Shown: one piece after another, positions 43,829-58,669 of the stretch
Numbering within the stretch: the first letter of the stretch is position 1
Layout of the letters: the number at the start of each line of letters is the position of its first letter
Origin: Glycera tridactyla
Lineage: Eukaryota
NCBI GenBank assembly: GCA_965644265.1
Contig: OZ286467.1
Span: 16,492,001-16,556,000, forward strand
Length of the DNA: 64,000 bases
Direction: 5' to 3'
Position numbers and translations under genes: made by a program
The notes under the pieces: model-generated
Seen by the model: the letters and a program-made list of their open reading frames with translations, nothing else
What the model was told of the DNA's origin: nothing
Database searches by the model: none

Positions 43829-46800
43829 ATCATTCGGTTCGTTCTTCATTTCACCAGAAGTGGATCACCTGAGGGTCGCGCATGCGCGCTACTTGCCTGG
43901 GTAGAGCCTTCAATTGAATTCAGGAACGACCTGGTCGATTTTACTCGTCACTCTCAGATGGTATTCTTTCCTAGCCCTCAACAAATCAGGCATATCGCAG
44001 AAGGATTCGAGTGTCTGATATACCAGATAGAGAAACCAGATCCGTCATCCCTAAAACGTATAAAAGTTTACCCCAATTTTTGAACGTTTGACATCAGATA
44101 ATAGGGCAATACCAGGAAAGAGTGAAACTCGCCCGAGGCATGCTTTATCACTAAGGGAGATCATGGAGAACGAGTTGTTTTAAACATATATGGACTGTAC
44201 TGGTGGTGCGCTCATGATATGTAAATAGCAGAATGGAGGCCACTAATTGAACATATTGATGGTTTATAACACTTCCAACAAAACGATATCAATGAATATT
44301 GATGCCTTTTGTGATGTCGTTCTTCATCCCGCGCTTGCCATATCTCATGATGTACAAACATGGCCAGATGAGGCCGAAGAGATAGTTATAACGAACTTGA
44401 CTTACTCGTCATATCAAACTTTAGTAATGTACATTGTCATTCATGGAACTTTCCGAATGAAAAACTTCATTGGGTGGTTTGTGAGAGAAGGGGCTAGGCT
44501 TTACTAGGGTGGAGTAGTGAGACGTATCGCATGTTGATGTGATATNNNNNNNNNNNNNNNNNNNNNNNNNNNNNNNNNNNNNNNNNNNNNNNNNNNNNNN
44601 NNNNNNNNNNNNNNNNNNNNNNNNNNNNNNNNNNNNNNNNNNNNNNNNNNNNNNNNNNNNNNNNNNNNNNNNNNNCCCAGACAAGACAAGCCTCTACAAG
44701 ATGTTATCTCTTCATTCATTCATCCATTCATTCATTCACTCATCCATTCGTTCATTCATTCATCCATTCATATATACATTTCTTCATTCATTCATTTGTT
44801 AATCCACCCATTATATCATTCATCGTTTTTGTGGGGTTGTGCACGAGCATGATATGATTATTTTTTGTGTTTCTTTTGGCTGATCAAAGTTGTGTATCCG
44901 GGTAGGATATCTTTTGTGAAAAATATTATTTAGGTACCATATGTATTGTGGCAATTCGTGCTTGTGACACTGGTGGCATTGGTGGTGGAGGCGGCAGTGG
45001 TGATTTTGGTGATGAAGGTGGTGGTGGTGATGGTGGTAGGAACGCTGGTACAGGGTGGACTACTACACCAGGATAATGATACATTGTGTGATATGATATG
45101 ATGTGTATGCTGACTACATCACAAATGGATCTTTCTGTGAGCCTCCCAACAACTGGAAAGAAAGCCATACAATACAATGACATTGAAGTCAACCGAGATA
45201 ACCCATTTTTTTTTCCAGTTTTCTTTGTTCATATTGAGATGATATCGAACACCACAAATTCAATCAGTCAACAAAAATACGATAATTCGATGCAGAACAA
45301 GTGCGAACCTATAGTGCTATAGAGTATTGCATGATATGCACATATATGAGTGTAGGTGTTTGTCCTGACACACGAGTATAGAAACACACCTACACGTATG
45401 CAAGCAACATCCAAGGTCGCCAATATTGTGCTGATATCTGCACCAGAGATAGTGAATCCATGTTGTGGAAGAATGTTTTATCTTTATGGCTCAGATAGCA
45501 AGAGCGAGTTCAATACATGCAATCTTTACTCATCAATATCCAGTCCGGGTTTGCCTTGAAGTGATTTCTGTGTCTTAGATGTGCCAGGGTCCACTCCTCT
45601 TGATTCAATCATGATATTACAGATAATGTACGTGTCGGCCGGGGGAAATAGTCCTCAACGCCATCTTTTGCCTGTCACCAGTTTCCTTTTATTCAAGGAC
45701 TGCGTAGAAGCAATCTGTTCCGAACTATAGAGCTGAAGATGCCAGGCTGAAACTTCAGCGCCGATCATGTGCACAACTAACTGATTTTTACATGTGTGGC
45801 TACGATTTGATGAAATGGTTCCAACCCAGTCAATCTTCACACCTACAAGTGGTAGAGTCAGTGAGAGCTTGGAAATACCATTGACAGTATTTGTTATAAT
45901 GAGAGTAGTAGTAGTGGTGAAATCAGTGAAAACAGTAGTTGTTATCATATTAGTAGAGTGGACTCCTCAATTTATTTGATTTTCTTCATGATGTATATTG
46001 TCCCGGTCAATATTGAGATATCATCATATCTCAGAACGGCCAGGATTACTTGAATTCGACATATCAATTCAATTGATGGACGAGTAACATGAAGGCTTCA
46101 TAAATATTCATTTTCAAAATGTATCGAGAAAACACACATTTCCGTTTTACACGGTTATAGACAGTATCATGTACACCAAAATACTGGTCTTACATAAGTT
46201 AAGAAATGACACTGATGTAGCATTCACGATTTGGGCTGTAACAAATACTACTCGGGTGGCTATCTACAGGCAGGCATACTTCACATGCAATGGTAGGGTA
46301 TGTTGAGATATGTTCCGAATGAAATAGTCCAAGCCAGAGAGGCGCTTTTGAAATTGGCGTTGACTGGATGTGGACCTCACCTGAAAGATGGAGAAGGATT
46401 AGTGTGTGATGTAGCGCATCTCAGAAGATTCAACATGTTAGTTTAGCCATGGGATTAGAGCAATAAAGCTGCCAAACAAACAAGCGTCATTCAAGTATTC
46501 CTCTCACATGGCTTTTGTGGAGCATCACTGCACATAGAAGCTCTCCACACCAATGCACAGTAAATCTGGATGTAATCACCATGGAAGGCAATAGAAAGCA
46601 CGGACTAATTATCCTCTCACCAACTGAGGTCATGAACTCAGTGGACGCATGAGAGACAACAGGGTTCATCATCCAATTTTGGACCTGAGTCATTGCACAG
46701 ATTCATAGGAACTGTACTTCTCGCACAGGGGCCACAACTGTGTAGAGGTAACTGAGGAGAACCTCTCTCCACCACAAGTCCTCTTCATGAAGGTGTAGAT

Positions 46801-46889
46801 GATTTCAATGATCGTAGTGTACTCATACTTGATGTATGATATTCTAGGTGGTTTCCAGTATGAAGAAATCTCTGTTTTGCCAGGTATAA

Positions 46890-47642
46890 ACCCGATCTTT
46901 TGTGAATATGGCACTTCCAACATGAAGCAAGAGCCTCTATCTGTATGGTAAATATACTCGTAAATATCTGAGGCATGATCTCTTGAGAATAAGGCACTCC
47001 CAACACGACACAAGAATCTCTAGAGTACACATTTGTATGGCAAAGCCCATCGGATTATCTGAAACATGATCTCTTGAGAGTATGGCACTCCCAACATGGA
47101 GCAAGAGCCTCTGTATGGTAAAGCTACTCGAAAATACCTACTTATGATTATCTGAAGCATGATCATTTGAGAATAAGGCACTCCCAACATGATGGAAGAG
47201 CTTCTGAAGTATTCATCTGTATGGCAAATCTACTAGGAATTATCTGGCACATGATCTAGAGTCAATATGGCATTCCCATCATGAGGCAAGAATCTCTGGT
47301 GTGTCCATCTGTATGATAAATCCACTTGGGATTATCCAAAGCATGATCTGTTGTGAATATGTTACTCCTAACATGACACAAGAGCATTTGGAGTATCCAT
47401 CTTTATGACAAATTACTTGTGATTATGTGAAGCACGATCTATTGTATATATGTCACTCCCAACTTGACGCAAGAAGCTCTGGAGTATCCAACTGTATGAC
47501 AAATCACTTGGGATTATGTGAAGCACGATCTATTGTATAAATGTCACTCCCAACTTGACGCAAGAAGCTCTGGAGAATCCAACTGTATGACAAATCTACA
47601 TGGAAATATCTGAAGCGAAATTTTCCATGAATGTGGCACTCT
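46890..47642. repeat. About 92-bp diverged minisatellite, 8-9 units
   Basis: Anchor GCACTCCCAAC/GTCACTCCCAAC at about 46911, 46994, 47085, 47178, 47270, 47361, 47452, 47543 and 47635 (mostly 91-93 bp apart). Confidence 0.9.
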
Positions 47643-48562
47643 TACCTTGGGTATTTTTCACAATCCTTTCCATGTTCTTAAAAGGTCCACTTCTCTAGCT
47701 CGGTTCCATAATTGAGCCTGATATGGCCTCCTGAGGACCTCTTTTTCTCTGCAATGAAAGTCATGTATGCAACATTCATTATGTATGGGAGGTATTGTCT
47801 GTGATATTCCATAACGTGGGGATCGATGTATTCCCTCGATACAGTCAGTACTGGATCGGGTTTCGACCATCGGTCGTTGGTTTTGTCGTTCTTTATTGTT
47901 TGGTTCTTGATGCTGCTGTATGAGACTGAGTTGCTGAAGTATCCCGTGTCCGGTCTATGTGATATCAGCCAGTATCACCCCGCGTGTTTCTTGTGATGCC
48001 AGAATCTTTGAAATATGTAAAGTCTGAATCAAAAATCCCAACCATTGTTAAGATCACTTGCAAGCTGAGAGTACTAATGGGATGACATTGTGCAAGTGTC
48101 AGAGGTGTCAACTCGAGCCATTTTTTGTTGTTGCAGGCTTCATTCATTGAGCCGTTCATAGGGTCGTGTAAGGTGTTTTCTTGAGATGCGATCTTAATGT
48201 GCTCACACATATGATGACTCCATTCCGAACAATGGAGCTCAGCATTCAAGCGTGTGTGCAGTGATACTTTAATGCTGCTTTGATATATACATTGTTGGTT
48301 ATAGCTTCACTATGACTACAATCATTGAGCGGCATGCTGATGGCATTCTTACAGTGATACTTCTCATGCAGAGAGCGAATTAATGAACTTGGGCATCAGT
48401 TATCTGAAAAATTTCTTTGCAAAACTTTCCTTCCACAAGTGTTTCATCTTGGTAGGGGGAAGTATGAACATCTTCAATCACTATGTGGTTTCATGTCATA
48501 CCGAAGCTACATACTGACACAAGGCTCATTGATAGTCCACAGGCAAGATATATTCACATATC

Positions 48563-48739
48563 CAGTCGAACCTCTCTATGAAGAGCGCCTTCGGTCGCAT
48601 CAAAAAGTGGTCTTCAGAGGGAGGTGGTCGCTATATGGAGGTCATTTACTGTTGAAAATACTACCACCGTCGCAGCTCGGGGTGGTCTCTATAGGTAGGG
48701 GGTCTTTATAGAAGGTGTTCTTCAGAGGAGGTTCGACTG
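48563..48739. mobile_element. 177-bp Tc1/mariner-pogo-like MITE
   Basis: TIRs CAGTCGAACCTC / GAGGTTCGACTG; right flank TA, left flank TC. Confidence 0.85.
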
Positions 48740-50139
48740 TACTCTAATTCCAATCTTGAGAGAATGTTTCCCGATCAATAGAATGTTTATACGCATACCA
48801 TCAGCGCCCAGCAACATTTGAGTAGGAAGTATCATTCACATATATGTATTCCATCTTGTCTGATTATACGGCTCATTCTTTTTTCCATATCATTTTATTC
48901 AATAGTGAAACCAATGATTACCATCGGAAATTCAAAAGGTGTGTTTCGGATATTTGTCATTTCTCTATTCGATGACTGAGCACAAGATAAGATGAAAAAG
49001 CTTCATTCAACATCCCACAAACGATATACAAATGTACTGTCAGCCTTTCTCCAAGAAACACGAGGCAAGTCAAATCCATCACAACATATATATCATTGGG
49101 TGTGTGAAGTGGCGTGGATTCTGACCTTGCTCCCTCTATCCTGAATGATGCGTTCAGGAACTTCACAGAGTAGGTCGTGCACAGTGGTCTTGGTCCGCAT
49201 CTCAGCCTGGAACTGTAACTGCTAGAAAGTTGGATGAATTGGATAATCCCGATATATCACCTGTGCTGCATGTAAAATCCATGTTGATGATCCCCTCCCG
49301 AATGTGATCACGGGAATCCCTCTGTGTCTCGAGTTGACTGAATCAGTGTGACAGATTCCAAGAACATTCACTGTCAGTTGGGAAAGCTCGCTATGTCTGT
49401 AGTGGACAGGAATCTGATCTCGAGATATCCATTTTCCATTGTGAACCAGGAATACGATGGATCTGATTGTCTTCCTGAAGAAGTCAATGGTGTTCATAGC
49501 AACAGGGAGTGTGAAGACACAAGAACCGATTGTTCAAGATGGCAGCGCTGACATGCTCTGAATAAATGACGTCATCAGTAGTGAATCAAGAGATCTCGAT
49601 GAAACAAATAGTGCGTCGCCCCTTCCTCAACTCTGACGTTGCATTGCCGCATCACAAGCGACTGGGTGAAGAAGTGAATGCAGTGGATATACACCCTCTG
49701 TCAACGAATTGTCTGCATTCGGTGTTTCTTTGCAAACATGCACTGCCCAAGTATATATAGCTGTTGGGGGTGCTACTTTGCAATGGGATGCCGCTTGTAA
49801 CATCCTCTACAAGAAGCGACACATCGCCATCGGGAAATCAACGGTCCCTAGGAATTTGTGTTCAAGCGAAGTGATTTCTCAGCCATGGATATTGCAGTCA
49901 GAGATATCAGATAAATAATCGACTCCCGTGATTGACCAAGATAACAGAAGGGCATGGTGAAAGCATCTGCTCACCAATCAGTCTTGTGAGAATAGGGTCT
50001 GGATGAACAACAATATGGAACCTTGGATGGAAAGCATCCAACCAACGCTCCATTACCAAACTCATAGAAACATAGACATCCCACGAGAACGTAGGGGCAC
50101 AGTAGAATCATACCAGTAGAGTTGTCCCTGAATATAGCT

Positions 50140-50240
50140 AGAATTCATTGTTTCGGTATCTAACCACAATATTCAACGAGATGGTTTCGTCGGTTCCACC
50201 TCGTTGAATTTTGTGGTTAGATACCGAAACCATGGGTTCT
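50140..50240. repeat. About 100-nt near-perfect foldback; third copy of the arm at 50313-50335
   Basis: 50150-50180 is the reverse complement of 50200-50230 with one mismatch in 31 bp; pairing extends outward with G-T pairs. Confidence 0.9.
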
Positions 50241-53200
50241 TGCTTTTATACCTCAAATAATGATGTTTTGACGCGTTTTGGAGATGATTGTCCCGGTCCC
50301 GTCATCATCCGTGGTATCTACACCACAATATTCAATGGGTTATATCTCACCGAAATCGACTCATTTGAGATTTAAAGGCATCAATTGGGGGAGTTGGGCT
50401 TCTCCTGTTGGTCCGGAGTGGAGGAAAGTAATTGTGGGACCTTCTTTCGTGAGAAGTCTGTGCAATATAGCACATGTTATAATCATTCCAAAACCCTTCA
50501 TGAAATCATCTGCGCTCGATTATCGCAGATTTCAGGTGAGAAAGGCATACCGCCTGGAGAAACCTCTACACTTTATCATAGTTGATTCCTGATTTTATTC
50601 ATGCGGATGGAAGCATGCATAGGCACGCACCTGACTATTCTTTTCACATTCTCGTATGTACACTTTGGGCGCAATCTGTCTCGGATAGAGAGATATGCCG
50701 GGTCATGTAGAAGATAGCGAGAACGTGCATTATGGACTGTATGGAGATGGTGGGTATGAGCTCGCATCACATCATCTCATAAACAATGCTTTCCATGATT
50801 CAAATAGATTCAAAAAAAGGATTCAAAGATTATATTCGGAGATGTGGGCAAGTCCTCATCTCCACCTCTAGATACATTTATAACACATAATACAATTCTC
50901 CCAAAGCACAATACACACGTAATAGATCAACTATATACTGATAGGTTACAATAGTACCGAAAAAATACGAAAACACAAAAATAATACACAAGTTAAGAAT
51001 ACAGTAGTGCAGCATCACTAATTGGTTGATCATGGTATGCTGATATTCGGAGTTACTAGGGCGTTACTGCAAGGTAGCACATGCATCCTTGCAGTTGAAT
51101 AGGAGGGTGTTACCGCATTCACCGAATGCTTGGTTCGTTAGCATCATCACCATGCACAACTTGGCAGCACCATTTCCAGGTTAAACATGTGGGCCGTAGG
51201 TTGCTTTGCGTATGGATGAGAATCTTCAGCCATTTGCACAGTTATGTCATCGAATGGTCCATTGCAGCATTGGATTTGAATAGAGGTATTTTTGTACCGA
51301 CAGCTCCTCCTAATCGACACACGATTCGATGCCTGGTCATGTGTGGGTATGGTTTGTGAGAGGGCTGCATGCAGAGGATGAAATATCCAGATTTAAATCC
51401 CAACCAAATGATCAATTGAGGGTGGTATTACCCAATTACATATATCAGCTCATATCACAGGGGTGGGACATTATTTTGTTCGTATTTTTGTACTGAATTG
51501 CGGCATATGATGCTGGCCATGGTTGTCAGAATTGTACTGGAGATGACAGACAGTAGGGCCGTGTGACTGGATTACTAGGCAGCTGCGCGAGCGTCACTGG
51601 CGGATCTTACTATGCCAAACAACGGAAATTAACTTTGTATCTCAGACAATAGGGATGTGATACTGAATCATGTCTGCCTGATCTGTCATCTGATGATTGC
51701 TCAAGTATTCACCTATCTCACGACCGACCTAGACACATTGGGGTTCGAGGGATCAGCTCTGGATAATATGAATACTTATGAATAAATGTTCTGTTGTTTG
51801 TAGAATGGAGACGATACAGGTTTGGGTGCTGTTAGTAGTATAGTCAGTGCTGCTGTGTGAGAAAATGTTGCGAGAAAATTTCAGGACAAGGTTAAATCCA
51901 CTCGTCATTATCATATGCCGGTCCAATATATTGCTATATAGAACAAAGAATGCCAGATGAATTGGTATAAAATCTAGTAGTTCCCGGCTCGAGAGTTCTT
52001 GTACTCGTCCTAACTACGGGGCTGACAACCCAAGAAGGGCTCGCCAAGGAGCTGATAATGACTTTTATATACGCATTCATCATTAGAGTGATATGCAGTG
52101 AGATCAACTGAGAAAATGAAATAGGAGATTGCTATCATTTCAGAGATATTGCTTGATACCGTTTGGATGAGATTGTCATCAACGGTGAACTTCTACGATA
52201 GAAAGTGATGTCTTGGAGAGTTTTGTCAGATCATATTCATATTCAGCTGATGACTATGAATCCATCTTGTCTTCAACCCACTTAGTGGATGTTCGTCTAA
52301 GAATCCGTTGATATAGAAGATGTTTCTGTCTAGAACGATATAATTCCTTCGAAGTAATACTTTTGTTCATATTTAGTCATTTTCAATACTGCTTGTGCTG
52401 ATCTTTTATTTTGGCGTCTTTCAGGGGATGGTTGAACTTATTCGAGGCATGTGGATCTTCCCTGACTAGGACACTGGGTAGGAGACTGCATGGAATGGAG
52501 AGATCAGTGAAGCAAACATATGATGGCAATGCAATACATTACTTTTCACATTAGTTTATGTGGAAGAAGGAGCATGGCCGAGTGGTAATGATTAGACAAA
52601 AAAGCACCATGATCAGTATGGGTGCATNNNNNNNNNNNNNNNNNNNNNNNNNNNNNNNNNNNNNNNNNNNNNNNNNNNNNNNNNNNNNNNNNNNNNNNNN
52701 NNNNNNNNNNNNNNNNNNNNNNNNNNNNNNNNNNNNNNNNNNNNNNNNNNNNNNNNNNNNNNNNNNNNNNNNNNNNNNNNNNNNNNNNNNNNNNNNNNNN
52801 NNNNNNNNNNNNNNNNNNNNNNNNNNNNNNNNNNNNNNNNNNNNNNNNNNNNNNNNNNNNNNNNNNNNNNNNNNNNNNNNNNNNNNNNNNNNNNNNNNNN
52901 NNNNNNNNNNNNNNNNNNNNNNNNNNNNNNNNNNNNNNNNNNNNNNNNNNNNNNNNNNNNNTCCTTCTATCAATCTGTCTTTCATTCTGTCGGTCTGTCT
53001 GTCCATCTTTGCGTCCTTTTGTCTGTTGCTCGGTCTTTCTCACGTACTCGGCTTTCTCCTTCTTACCTATCTCTCTTTCTTCTACTCCCTCCCTAATGTG
53101 GATGACTCTCGAAGACTTGGGAAGGGTGCATTGAACAGGAATGATTGAGAAAACTAAAGTCCGCCATTGAATCAGCTCGACAGAGCGTACCGGCGTAGCA

Positions 53201-53620
53201 ATGTCCTCTGTAGGTATACTCATTAGCACAGCAATGCTAAATAAATGTCCTACATGCGATTATTTGCACATGCTTATGATTATTGTATATTGCCTCCCCC
53301 ACACCATCCACGGCGGCTGCTTCATCCAGCATATTGATTGGTGTGTTGTGAGAAAAGCTGTTACCCTCAACTGACCCCACAATACGTCTTCATAGGTGAC
53401 CCTGGGTCAAGGCAAATCCCTTGTGGTCAGTGCACACAGCTCCAATATGGATGCGCTCTTGGGTCACTTCGGGGATGGAGAGCTCTGGGTGATATATGTC
53501 ATCTCAGCTCAGTAAGACTGTCAGACCAAAAAATGTTCCGATCTCATCGAGGTGGCTGTTAGTTCGTTTGGAGTTGGAAGTCTGACGATGGGAGGGGAAC
53601 ACCCTCACTGTCCGAGGTGA

Positions 53621-53714
<94 letters not shown>
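53621..53714. repeat. (ACAG)n microsatellite; others at 61843-61887 (ACAG), 61996-62020 (GATA), 60949-60995 (AG), 44712-44800 (TTCA)
   Basis: Direct reading of the tandem runs. Confidence 0.95.
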
Positions 53715-54633
53715 TTACCACTTTTGATCTAAGGTCGTAGTTTTCAGATCCCGGATGCTCACACCATCTCTCATCCGTGGTGGTGTCTAACCCATGTCTA
53801 GAAAGCGGGGATCCAGTCAGATAGTCTGCATCCTGATACAGACATATGTTCCATGGGCACAGGCTAGCTCCTCTCACGACTCTTGTCACGATCACTCATC
53901 CTATAACTAGCTGCTTCAGCAAAACACGGGTGTGAAGTTGCTACCATCATATAATTGCCATTCTAAGAGGATGAACGTGAATAGCGAAGTTGAGATCATG
54001 ATATACTTGAAGTAGTATCACATCCGGTACTTATGGGCTTCTGTCAAATTTGATGCAGTTTATGACATTAAACTGATTATGTGAAGATAAATGATATTCT
54101 TTCATATATGTATGATGGAATTCTCATTCCTCTGGGGAGACTATCTTCGTCCATGGAATTCACAAAGCCCTCGGTTTGTCTGTGAAGGTTTTGTTGATGG
54201 AGTAACCTAGATCCCTAAGATAGTATGCCGGAGAAAATGAGTTTATGGCGGGAGAGAAATAAGGCGTGAAAAGAAAATTGAGTTGTGTTTTCAGCTGTAA
54301 GCGAGGGGACCTGCTTGTCATGACCTGCCCGCCACTTAGCCGGCATAGCCATCACTTGTCTTCGGGCGGTGGCCTGTCGCAGACAGGGCTGACCATCGCC
54401 CCCCCCCCCCTCCTCCCCCTGCTAATAACACTCGATAAGGCAAGGCAAAATAACGAAGTTGCTGTGTGCTTGGTAAGCTCGACGCACACAGGAATCACGA
54501 GGAAAGAGGGCTTGCTACGGAGGCCACCAGTCACTGTGTCTGAGAGGTGGATGAGCACTTCCTCGATGAGCTCTCTGACGTTGGATCAACAAGGCATGCC
54601 GGTCAAACCTGATGCCCCAGCCGAAATCGCTCA

Positions 54634-55349
54634 AGCTGTTCGCCCACTATCACGTTCGTGGGCGTTTCTATGAGAAAACAGCAGCCTTTTATAAGCCTAG
54701 CAAGCACTCAACGCCATTGAACTTGAGAGATCGTCGTGGGAAAGTCACAGAAAGTTGGTAATCGTTGTGAAAACGTCGTTGAACGTCTGTCAACGCCGAC
54801 AAACGTCACTCAACGTCGCACGAACGCAGCGCATCCACCATCTATTCTTGCGTAAACGTCAGAGAACTTCGATCAACGCCCGAAATTGCAGCAAGAACGC
54901 CAGTGAACGTCGCGTAAACGTCGTACAATTGCAGTGCGAACGTCACCCAACTTTATAGAACGTGTTGATGACGCCATGATCCACCCCCTATCTTCGTCAA
55001 TCGTCGCTGAAAAAAAACATTCACACTGCGATGAACGAAGTTCTATGGCGATTGACGACGATAGACGACGTTTTTATCGACGTTTTCGCTGCGTTCTTGC
55101 TACGATTACGACAATTGAGCCACGTTCGACGACGTCCAGTCATCGACGGCGATCCCACAGCGATTGTTTTGAACATGTTCAAAACTATCGTCGCACACTG
55201 GCGACCATCGGCGATCGCTGGCGTTAGCAGACGTTCGTCGACGATCGTCGACGTTCACCGACGTTGACTGACGTTCACGCTGCCTTCGCACGATGATTTG
55301 CTCGAACATTGTCAAACGTCGCCGCGAACGTGACAGTGGGAGGACAGCT
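54634..55349. mobile_element. About 716-bp PIF/Harbinger-like non-autonomous element (MITE)
   Basis: TIR AGCTGTTCGCCCACTATCACGTTCG vs reverse complement of the right end AGCTGTCCTCCCACTGTCACGTTCG (3 mismatches in 25); 3-bp flanks TCA/TTA; CpG-rich ACGTCG/CGACG interior; perfect 20-bp palindrome GTTTTGAACATGTTCAAAAC at 55166-55185. Confidence 0.65.
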
Positions 55350-58300
55350 TTAGTTTGCTTCACTCTTATTGCACCACTTCACATAGCCAGCTTGGCGGGG
55401 GCCACTCAACGTGTCAGGTCATCCTGGCTCGCACCCTGTCGCTTGTAATGGCTAGTATCCATCAACTGTTGCACCAGTGTTTCGATGGACGGGAAAGGCT
55501 GTCTGTGGTTGATGCCTCGATAAAAGGCTTTCTCCGTTCCGTTTTTGCGCCATTACCCCACACACTCCTTAGCGCTTGACCTGTGCCCATAGTCATTTAA
55601 AACCCCATCACATTCTTCTGCTACGATTGTATTTCCCCGCATGACCTTTCTCGCTCTCTGCCCATTTCATCTTCTTGAGATAAGGAATCCTCTGCTCTGT
55701 AGTACTCAATCATCCTTTGATGTAGCACATGCCAGTCGGGAGTATCGTACTGCGGGGGTCATGTCATGTGAGAGGTGTCGACGAGTATACGGAATCGTCA
55801 TTACCAGCTGTGTCCCCTGTGACCGACTTTATCACGGCTGCCTCAACTACCAGAGAGAATGAAAATGTGTTGATTCTTCAAGAAATATTGTGATCAGGTT
55901 CAGGGGGAATGCCTGAGTCAGTTGATCATCAGGGCAGTCCAGAAATATGGCACTTTTTCATTAGATTTGTGGGCTTCAGGCGAGGGAGATAACAGAATGT
56001 GTATGAGTCCATATTTGCTTTGAATCTATTTATGGTGAATTCGATCTGGATATTGGGTGTACTGATATGTAATTTGGCACTGTACATGCCTTAAGACGAT
56101 AGAATGATTTGAAGAGGGCGGCTTGGATGGTAAAACTCTATTCCCTGATGTACTCTGGCTGCCTGCAAATACCTTCCCTGTTCTATCGATCCGACACACG
56201 GGCGCATATTCCTGAAGGAATCAGGGATATATGTATGTTTTCTGATAGGAGTATGCCCGTCAGGCATCAGCAACTCAGCACCAGGGATGCATATTCTTCA
56301 GTTCTTATTATTTCCAGAGAGTGATGAAAACTCCCATGTCAGCGATGGCAATAAATGTCACCACAAACCGGCCAAAAGGTTATACCTCCTCACAACATAC
56401 GTAGAACTATATGCAAGCACAGGGGAGAAGGAGAATGAATCGAATCAGAAGTAGAGGAGTTGTGCTCCACTCATCCAGCTGCAATATGACTAGGCTAGAA
56501 TAAAGATGATCAGGATATTCATAATGTGAAAATAGAAAACGTTTGTATTATATTGATAATTAGCACCGAGGGGTCGTATTGCATGCTGATGCAATCATAC
56601 AAATGGAAACAATAAATTCATATATCATTCAGAAAGGCCCACTCGGGAATCTCACATCATCCTACTCGAGGTATATTGAAGTTATATTGGGAATTCGATA
56701 TAATCGAATATACATGAAATCGGTCAGACTTACTCAGTCATCATCTGACCTATACGATACAATATCAGTTTGCGATTCGAGGGAATGGCCAACTGGGTGG
56801 AACTATTTCGTGAAAACAAGTAAACCAATCGAATATATTATGAAGAGGTAATATGAATGTCTCAGGAAAGTTTTCTGTGTGTTGCAGAGAGAGTGATAAT
56901 ATTCGCCATCAGCGAGCCAGGAAACGGAAGAACTGCCGAGATGAGTGTCGCAACAATACCAGGTTGGTCGGATTTCATTACACCATCACGGGGTGAAAAA
57001 ACGCATGGACAAAAGTAAAATGGACGAAAGTAAAATGACATGATTCCCAGATATGGGTATGGTGGCATGATATCTTTGAGGGCCGAGGGATGAGGGGTGT
57101 ATGACTATCGAGCAATACATCTCAATTGTCTGTCAGTCGGCCTGGTAGTTTGAAAGTTGCTCAGACAGTCGGTCGATCAATCAGTCAATTGATTGGCCAA
57201 TCAGTTCGACCCTCAGTCAGTCAGTCGCCCCCCCCCCAGTCAGAGAATCAGTCGCAGTCAGAGCCCATGGCTATTGCGCCAGTCAGTCAGTCAGTCAGTC
57301 AGTCAGTAAGACTGTCTGACAACGCTGATCTGTCGGGCTCTCTGTCTCTCTATCTACACTCTCCGGTGTTTCCTGCTTATTTTGAGCAAAAAGCTTAAGC
57401 AGCTAGGTAATGCCACGAACCAAACAAGGATGAAATGGGGTCTCTTCCGTTAAGATTCAATATTCATGCATGTGGTGCAATGAAATCAGGGATTAATGCA
57501 AAAGGTTTAAATTTCTAATTTTGTCGAAATTGCAGTGCACGAACAAGCCGGTGCTTATTAGAAGATCGGGTGACTCTCTCATCACAATGTAATCTATACG
57601 TGATTTGAAATTTCGAGTGCGGAAAATGATGAGTATGTGGTTTCATAACGCGAGCCAATAAAATGATGTGAGTTTGACATCCAGTCCAATCAAGATTTGG
57701 AGGATCAGAAATGAGTGGAAGCATACCAGTACACGGCTTACGTGTCTATAACCTTTGGCGGGATAAGAAGTTGGACGTTCAACTGGACATTTGTTATGAA
57801 TTGATTGCCTCAGAGTAGATACTCAGAGCCAGTGGCACTGATACCAGTTTTACTAACACCACTACTTCAAACATAATCACTTCCTAAACTACTATGATTA
57901 CACTACCACTACTGAAATCATGCTAGTCACCTGAATAATTCGACATGGAATAGTATATTTGCTGTTGCTGATATTGAAAACATTGTTTAATTGAAATATA
58001 TACGATATATATGCTGCTGACGAGGCAGAGAGTCCTCTGTGTCATGCGACCAAAGAAAGTTTGACGCTGGGTTCAAATTTCAATCTGATATAGTTGGTGA
58101 GCGTGACGTCAGATCATAGCGTGTAAGTCCATTTACCCTATGAAGAGACAATTCTATGACATGCAAACCTATGGATATGCAAAATTACTTCTGTAACCAG
58201 GCAACGACAACTGGTTAACCCAGCTTCTCGATGCCTAGGGGGAAGGGGTGATTATAGGAGGAAAAAATCACCCATAAGATATTTTGTCTTGTTATGAGAC

Positions 58301-58669
58301 GTTGTACCTCTTCAGCAATCATCCCATTGACACATCAAGGAGCCAGGAGGCCCGCTGCGCCAGCATCTATCCATGTGATGGGCGGTGCAGATCGCTGGTC
58401 ACTGCAGACTGGAAATTATGTGTTTCCAGAAGTATTGGTGATTAGACCAATGTGGCCCTCAAATAAATCAATAGGTTCTCTTGATTTCCCAATTGATGGC
58501 GCTCTATGTCCATCGATTCCATGTATATAATGATTTTATGAATGGCATTCATGTATACACTCAAAAGTGAAAAGAGAATGGGATTCTGTGACAAGTCGAA
58601 GCCCAGAGTGTATACACAATATATGTCGAATGGGATAGGAATGTCGCACTGATGAGAGTCATTTCAATG

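Noticed and set aside
46890-47642. 92-bp repeat as a coding repeat (LRR/ankyrin/zinc finger)
   Set aside because: Periods of 91-93 bp do not keep frame and no motif is conserved.
47650-49500. Protein-like minus-strand readings (also at 32.1-32.7, 39.5-39.9, 45.7-45.9 and 54.3-55.6 kb)
   Set aside because: Short, stop-interrupted and not recognisable as any family without a search.
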